A stretch of DNA of 63,231 nucleotides, filler included, from Saprolegnia diclina VS20 (lineage: Eukaryota), in NCBI RefSeq assembly GCF_000281045.1. It is 5 parts of one record of this genome, joined end to end, with 100 filler letters (N's around TTAATTAATTAA, not from the genome) between each part and the next. Parts side by side here need not be neighbours in the genome. Positions count along the whole stretch, not along the records: positions 45,668 to 59,249 come from NW_008246098.1; positions 59,350 to 61,531 come from NW_008246098.1; positions 61,632 to 63,231 come from NW_008246098.1; 2 more parts are not named here. One strand, given 5' to 3'. Positions within the stretch are counted from its first letter, which is position 1. Every line of letters starts with the position of its first letter. Below the pieces are notes generated by a model. That model had not been told where the DNA came from. It ran no database searches and saw only the letters and a list, made by a program, of their open reading frames with translations. Positions 57,377 through 63,231 of the stretch are shown here, piece by piece. Made by a program: the position numbers and the translations under genes.

Positions 57377-59005
57377 CTACATGTCCTCATTCTCGTCAAG
57401 GACTTGTTGCGGTGCCATAAGGATTGCGAGCTGGACCGGGCGACGTAAAATCGGTGTCTCGGCATACGCAATCGTCTGGTGTTCGCCTTCGGTTGTGGGT
57501 GTCTCAGTAGCTACCAAGCATGTTCGGTGACGCGGCAGCGCTGCGATCAGCGCGTCAACATCCCGGGAATCGTCGTTGTTGTCGATCGTACTGCGGGCGT
57601 CGATCAACATTGTCGTGTTGAGCTCCACATACGTCCACGCACGCAGAAGAAATACGAGTCCTTTGGCGCCCAGTGGGTTGTTGGACAAGCGCCACGTTGC
57701 CAGTCGTGGGAGATACGGAAAGAGATGACTCAGTGCCACAACACCACTCATCTTGATTTCGTTGCGGCCAAGGTCCAGCGTGTGAAGAAGAGGCGTGTGC
57801 TTCAGCGCAGTTGCGAGTGCGGACGCACCAACGTCACCAAAGCCTTGGCCAACCAGTTTGAGCGTCTCGAGCTGCGATGTGTGCCGAAGAAAGGGCGCAA
57901 GAGCAAGGACACCGGCGTCGCCCAGCTTGTTGGACGTGAGGGCGACGTGCTTGTAGCGTGGCAGAAGAAGCGCGAGCGTGAGGCAGTGGGTCGTCGAAAG
58001 ATGCACGCTGGTCAAGCGCAAGGTTGTGAGCTGATGGAGGCTTGGAAGGTGGGTTTCGAGAAAGCGCTGGACATCTTGACCGCCCTTGATCGTGTCTCCG
58101 TCCTCGAGACGGAAATGCAGCGACGTGAGAGGACAGTCGATGAGCCTTTCGGCCACGTAGTACAACTGGTACGGTCCGAAGAGGCGGAGGTCAATGTGCG
58201 TGAGCCAGCGGGAAAAGGCCGCCCTGTGGTTGAAGCGAAATAGCGGGTCGAGGGCAAGCGACACGAGCGTTGGCTTCGCCCAGACACTCTGCGTGGACGA
58301 GAGCTCGTACATGTTGTTCATTGTCAGTGACGTAAGCGGCGTCGTGTCAATCCACGCAGCGAGCGATGCAGCTGCCGCGTCGGGGAAGCGCAGCTTGTGT
58401 GTGGCACGCAGCGTGAGCTTCTCGATGCGCTGCAACGCCACGAGGAGGCCCACAAGCATCTCGAGAAGAGCGTTTTGCGCGGGCTTTAGTTCGTCCCACT
58501 CTCGAACGTACGGTGCCGAAAAATGGACCTCGATTGACCGGAGGGACGCTGCATTGAACGTGAGCACTTGCTGGACGGTCGTGAGCACCGCAGGGTCCAT
58601 GGCCCATGCTGCAAATGTGAGCGAAAGGTGGCCTAGCATCGGCCACGGGCGTGACGGTGGCGCAAGAACTGGTGGCATGTTGGGCAGTGCGGTCGGCGTG
58701 GTCGCTCGAAGCGTTGGGTGCACGCTAAGAAGCTGCGCGAGAATGTTCTTGGCATTAGCGAGCTGTGTGAGCACGCCAAGGTCGAGGCCGGGCCAAATCG
58801 CGTCGGATCCGAGAACGTGGGCTAGCATCGCGACGAGTCGGAGCGCGGGTGTGCGAAGCTGGTCGGGCAGTGCGCGAAGGAACGTCATGTAGTCCTCGGA
58901 CGCCAAGTACGGTGCAATTGCCTCGAGATTCTCGGGCGACAGCAGATTCGTGTCGGGCGTGAGGCGGCGCCGGCGCGTGCCATCGTCGTGTCGCGCGCTG
59001 TGCAT
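57377..59005 (-). CDS. F-box-like/RNI-type LRR protein (start may be 59035)
   Basis: Intact ORF. LLSPENLEAIAPYL, LTSNKLGDAG, LDLGRNEIK and LSNNPLG. Confidence 0.9.
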   Translation of the reverse strand: MHSARHDDGTRRRRLTPDTNLLSPENLEAIAPYLASEDYMTFLRALPDQLRTPALRLVAMLAHVLGSDAIWPGLDLGVLTQLANAKNILAQLLSVHPTLRATTPTALPNMPPVLAPPSRPWPMLGHLSLTFAAWAMDPAVLTTVQQVLTFNAASLRSIEVHFSAPYVREWDELKPAQNALLEMLVGLLVALQRIEKLTLRATHKLRFPDAAAASLAAWIDTTPLTSLTMNNMYELSSTQSVWAKPTLVSLALDPLFRFNHRAAFSRWLTHIDLRLFGPYQLYYVAERLIDCPLTSLHFRLEDGDTIKGGQDVQRFLETHLPSLHQLTTLRLTSVHLSTTHCLTLALLLPRYKHVALTSNKLGDAGVLALAPFLRHTSQLETLKLVGQGFGDVGASALATALKHTPLLHTLDLGRNEIKMSGVVALSHLFPYLPRLATWRLSNNPLGAKGLVFLLRAWTYVELNTTMLIDARSTIDNNDDSRDVDALIAALPRHRTCLVATETPTTEGEHQTIAYAETPILRRPVQLAILMAPQQVLDENEDM

Positions 59006-59249
59006 CGCAAAATCCAAACTGCAAAGTCGTTTCATGGTACCAACAGTCATGAACCAGATGTCTTTCTTTGTCTTTGAGCCAATGGGAGCATCCAAAGGTC
59101 AGTTTTCCCGCCAAAAAAACACCCACCAAGAGTTCCCGCCAAAACTTCATTCCTCGCCACGTGGCAGGACAACCAGATGCGCACCTTGAAATTCTGGGGA
59201 TCCCCACACAATCACCAGACCAAGACCAGCGCTGAAAGCAGTGAGTTGT

Positions 59250-59349
59250 NNNNNNNNNNNNNNNNNNNNNNNNNNNNNNNNNNNNNNNNNNNNTTAATTA
59301 ATTAANNNNNNNNNNNNNNNNNNNNNNNNNNNNNNNNNNNNNNNNNNNN
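59250..59349. other. Assembly gap with linker
   Basis: N run with TTAATTAATTAA. Confidence 0.98.
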
Positions 59350-60232
59350 TGCCCGTGAAAAAGTTGAAGAAAAAGTTGAAAATGAGCACTTGCCACACCG
59401 CGCGCTTCTGCACGAGCGTCCAGAGCTGGTTGAAGTAGACGCCGAACTGGACCGCCTCGTGCTTCGTGTCCTTGATGAAGAACCACACGACCGGGATGTT
59501 GATGACGGACGGCACGGCCAGAATCCAAAAGTACCCGTTGACACCAATGTCCCAGTCAAAGTCGCCGGCAAAGCGCTCCGAGTTGAGGCAAAAGCCGCAG
59601 ATCGCGCCAATGATGGCCGCAAACACAAAGCGCGTGCCGTAGATGATCGACTGCAGCCGGCCGCGCACTGCGATCGGCTCGCGCTGCGCATACGTCAACA
59701 TCAACCCGTCCTGCGCGACGTCGGCCATGACGTAGCAAAAGCCGCACACCGTGCAGATGAGCGCAAACGTCGAGCCGTCCGACTGCGAGTTTTGCTCGCC
59801 CGCCGGCTTGACCGCGAGCACGACCAGCAAGATCGCGCACAGTGTCCAGCCGAGGAGCATGTACGGCTTGCGGTGGTAGCCAAAGATCGGGAAGCAGTCG
59901 TTGAGCATGCCAAAGACGACCTTGAGCGACCACCCGAGCGTCAAAAGCGCCGTCGCCGAGCTCAAGACGTTGGTCTCGAGCGCAAAGTACCCGGTCAGAA
60001 TCGGGTACTTCATCACAGTGAAGCCGCCGTAGACGATGCCGACCATCGCGTACTGGTAGATGATCGCGAGCACCTCGGGGGACGTGTACACGGGGGCGTC
60101 GCCGATGCGCAGCGCGCCTTCTTCAATGTCGCCGGGCGTCTTGGCCTCGTCGTACTCGTTGCCGTCGGCGTGCTTGTCAAACGACGCAATGTACGAGACG
60201 CGCTCCGTCGTCAGCGGTTCCTTGTTGAGCAT
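59350..60232 (-). CDS. Folate-biopterin transporter (FBT/BT1, MFS), 5' part, cut by gap
   Basis: WSLKVVFGMLNDCFPIFGYHRKPYMLLGW and ADVAQDGLM..YAQREP...RGRLQS are BT1 signatures. Confidence 0.9.
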
Positions 60233-61307
60233 CGTGGTCGATGAAGGCAAAATGCAAACTGGCAAAATGTGAAAGAGAGGACGAGGTTTTCTGGGTAGCC
60301 GGGACGACGACGACGGCGCCATGCGGCTCAGCACCTGTTATTTGGCGTAAAAAGGTGATGAAGCACTCACGCTGGTTTCGACATCGGGCAAGATGTGCGT
60401 CGACCAGATACGTGACGGCGTTAGAAGTCCCAAGCACGGGTTTTGTATGACCACGTTGCGATACCAGGTGGTGGGTGATCTGGTCTATACCTTGTGACCG
60501 CAACATTGCCGAACTCTACAGTCAAGCAAGCATCCGAACTCGAAGTGCACTTCAGTAGGCGGCATTATATACCGGTATATTGGCTCGTGAGCGGCCCTAC
60601 AAAGTCTTCTCTCGCTGCGACTGGGTTTGTTTTTATGTTTTAACCTCACTTCGACCACAACGACTATGTAACGTCGTCGAGCGTTGAAGTGGTCAGCAAT
60701 GAGGCGAGCGACTGTGTCTTTGAAGGCGTCGAGTAATAGCACACCTCTTACGTTTGCACTTGCTCACTTGTTCGCAACCGAACGTTCGTTCGCAGTTGGT
60801 CGGTAGTGCCTTCCTCTGGGTGCAACGACGGAACGTTCTTTCTTGATGGTGCAACGGGTCGTCGGACTGGCGCTGGGGAACTGCACAACGCTGCAATCTG
60901 GAGCTGGTGTCCTGCTTTGTACCGACATGACCTGCATCTCTGCATTTTTCGGGATGGACGCTCTCACATTTCCCTGGACGTCTCGCGCCTGGATAAAACG
61001 CTGGCGGCGGTACCGTCGACAAGCGCATCGGGAGCGAATCATGGTGGCGGTGAGCGGCCAGTTGTTGCGTTTACCCATTTGGAGACTTGTTGAAGTACGA
61101 CTTTCCGTCTGGTCTCTGTGGCGTGCAAAGAAATATACTTGAGCATTCTATGGTATCGTTTACAGGCGCATATCTGGGTCGGCCACCAGCTGTTCAAATA
61201 GGGCAAGGACGACGACCGCACGTTACCTTGTGATGCCATCGCGCATGATGAAGCCACGGAGGCCACTGTCATTCGTGCTCTGTCGGCCGCTATTTTTCCA
61301 TCGCACC

Positions 61308-61531
61308 ATGTCCACGACAAGCACGACAACATCGCCATCGAGCTTTGGGCTCTCGGCCAGCGCGCCCCAACGCGGCCGTCGCCGCCAGCTCTCGCCCGAG
61401 CAAAAGGAAATGAGTCGCCAGCGGTCGCGTGTCTACTACGCCCAGCACAAGGCCAAGGTGCTCGCCAAGCTCAAGGCGCGCTACGACGTACACCGCGACC
61501 ACGAGCGCGCGCGCCGACGAGAGCTCTACGC
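61308..61531 (+). CDS. Small basic-helix protein (27030 family), cut by gap
   Basis: RQLSPEQKEMSRQRSRVYYAQHKAKVLAKLKARY. Confidence 0.7.
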
Positions 61532-61631
61532 NNNNNNNNNNNNNNNNNNNNNNNNNNNNNNNNNNNNNNNNNNNNTTAATTAATTAANNNNNNNNNNNNN
61601 NNNNNNNNNNNNNNNNNNNNNNNNNNNNNNN
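61532..61631. other. Assembly gap with linker
   Basis: N run with TTAATTAATTAA. Confidence 0.98.
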
Positions 61632-62541
61632 CCGAGCATCACGGGAGCTTGACCGGCCACACCGGGATCGCCGGCTTGGAACACCTGCGGCTGCGACGAC
61701 GCACTTGCATTTTTCGTTTCTGGTACAAGAGCGTCATCGTCTTCCACAGCGTCTGGCAGCGTCTAGCGCAGCGAGGCGGCACTGACGTTGTACAACGTAG
61801 CACCGGCGAGCACAATGCCAATCGGGTTGCGCAGCGCCGAGGCGACCGGTATCGGCCGACGAAATGTACGTATCGGGTAACTCAAACCAGTAGCGACCTA
61901 GACAAATTTAACAACGATACACCACGTACACAGGGTTTGGCAGCACACAGCGCTGGATGTTGGCACGTTCGACGGTCTGGTCCACAAGGACGCTCACGAC
62001 GGCGCTTCGCGGCTTCTCGGTCGGACTTGAAACGGCGCCCGACTGGAGCGCAGGGCGTACAGTACGGTCGGAGCTGCAGGCGCCATTTGCCACGGCACGG
62101 TACATGGGTACGCTCTTTGGCGAACGGTTCGACGACGGTCGTCTCCACCGGGCATCCATCAGAGGTAGCAGCAGCCCGGTCCGTTGACAGCTCCGTGGCC
62201 GCCAATGGCCGTGTGGTGCTGTAGGAGTTAGTATGCGGCGGCAGGGCCGAGGCGTGGGTGCGGCGAGCATGGCGGGCGCGCCCCAATATGACTTTGGCCC
62301 TGGACGTCCAAAACAGAAAATGCCTGTACCAATGTTTAAATTCTATTAAGATGAATCAATGTCAACCCTAATCACGTCCAAGTTTGTCCTATCGATGCAA
62401 GGTGGAGTTGTATGGGTTGCGTTAAAACCGCCGATGCTAGTTGTATCAAGGACGGCACCAATGAGTGGACAATATCAACACCACACAAGTTAAAACACGT
62501 CACATTCGATTACAAAGTTGTTCGAAACATAGGGCCGCCGC

Positions 62542-63231
62542 TTACTTGGCGACGAAAAGCTTGTACGCGGCAAAGAGCGCCGCAATGACACCCGGCACAA
62601 AGATGATAGCAAGGTACGTCTGCGGCGTGCCTTCCGGGCACGGCTCGCGGCCACCGGCAATGCGGAAGCAGCTCGTGCTCTTGAACATGGACATCAAGCT
62701 GCCCGTGATGGACGTGACGAGGATGATAAAGAGACCGACAAAGATGAGCGCGGCCACCTTGGGGTAGCTGCCACCGTTCTTCTTAAGCTCGGCGACGGCC
62801 GCGCGCTGCGGCGGAAGGAGGAACACCCAGAGGCAGCCGACGACCACAAACGTATACGAAATGACGTACGAGTAGGCGACCTGGGTACGCGTCTCGGGCG
62901 CGTCGGCCTTGATGAGCTTCTTGCCATAGTTGAGTTGACCGTCAATCATGTTGGTGAGAATCGTGCCAAAGGTACCCGGGAGGTTCGACACCGTCGTCAA
63001 AAGACCGTACATGACGCCTTCGTTACCGACTTCGGCGAGCTCGACAATGACGTACGTGCCGACGACAAAGTTGATACCAGACGGGACCGTCTCGATGAGC
63101 GGCACACCGAGGTAGAACCACTGGTTGCGGACAACGTCAAAGATGGTGCAGAACTGGCAGACCGCGTCGATCGCGTACGTGACAAGGATCGTAATCACGA
63201 GCACGAAGCGCCAGTTCCAGTGCGTGCCGTA
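62542..63231 (-). CDS. Folate-biopterin transporter, 3' part (5' end outside window)
   Basis: VRNQWFYLG, VELAEVGNEGVMYGLLTTVSNL, LLPPQR and CFRIAGG match oomycete FBT C-terminal halves. Confidence 0.88.
   Translation of the reverse strand, partial: YGTHWNWRFVLVITILVTYAIDAVCQFCTIFDVVRNQWFYLGVPLIETVPSGINFVVGTYVIVELAEVGNEGVMYGLLTTVSNLPGTFGTILTNMIDGQLNYGKKLIKADAPETRTQVAYSYVISYTFVVVGCLWVFLLPPQRAAVAELKKNGGSYPKVAALIFVGLFIILVTSITGSLMSMFKSTSCFRIAGGREPCPEGTPQTYLAIIFVPGVIAALFAAYKLFVAK

Noticed and set aside
35010..59005. NLR call for the LRR genes
   Set aside because: No Walker A, NACHT or NB-ARC motif seen in any copy.
61632..62290. Possible minus-strand exons (ACTAAC..CCTACAG acceptor near 62220)
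   Set aside because: No consistent reading frame or start could be built, and the region is truncated by a gap.
1..63231. rRNA/tRNA genes and autonomous transposons
   Set aside because: None recognised by eye; tRNAscan-SE, Infernal and RepeatModeler would be needed to exclude them.

Overview
Eukaryotic, GC-rich genomic DNA with short (42-60 nt) GT..AG introns and four 100-nt gaps padded with a TTAATTAATTAA linker. Gene families and core-promoter motifs point to an oomycete draft assembly, most likely Saprolegniales such as Saprolegnia; this is inference. The left part holds a helical-repeat protein, a KIX-like polyQ protein, a 1712-aa duplicated membrane protein, a divergent pair of coiled-coil proteins, two Myb-like paralogues, a GH5 lacking both catalytic glutamates, a RarD transporter, tiny basic-helix proteins and a degenerate 2OG-Fe(II)-oxygenase-like protein. 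From about 35 to 59 kb lies a fast-evolving array of F-box-like/RNI-type LRR genes (4 intact, 4 broken). Inside it sits the most striking feature: three haemolysin E (HlyE/ClyA)-derived genes plus a possible relic. These lack the hydrophobic beta-tongue and all start with an N-myristoylation consensus (MGxxxS/T). Two partial folate-biopterin transporter genes end the window. All family calls come from motif recognition by eye, not database searches.
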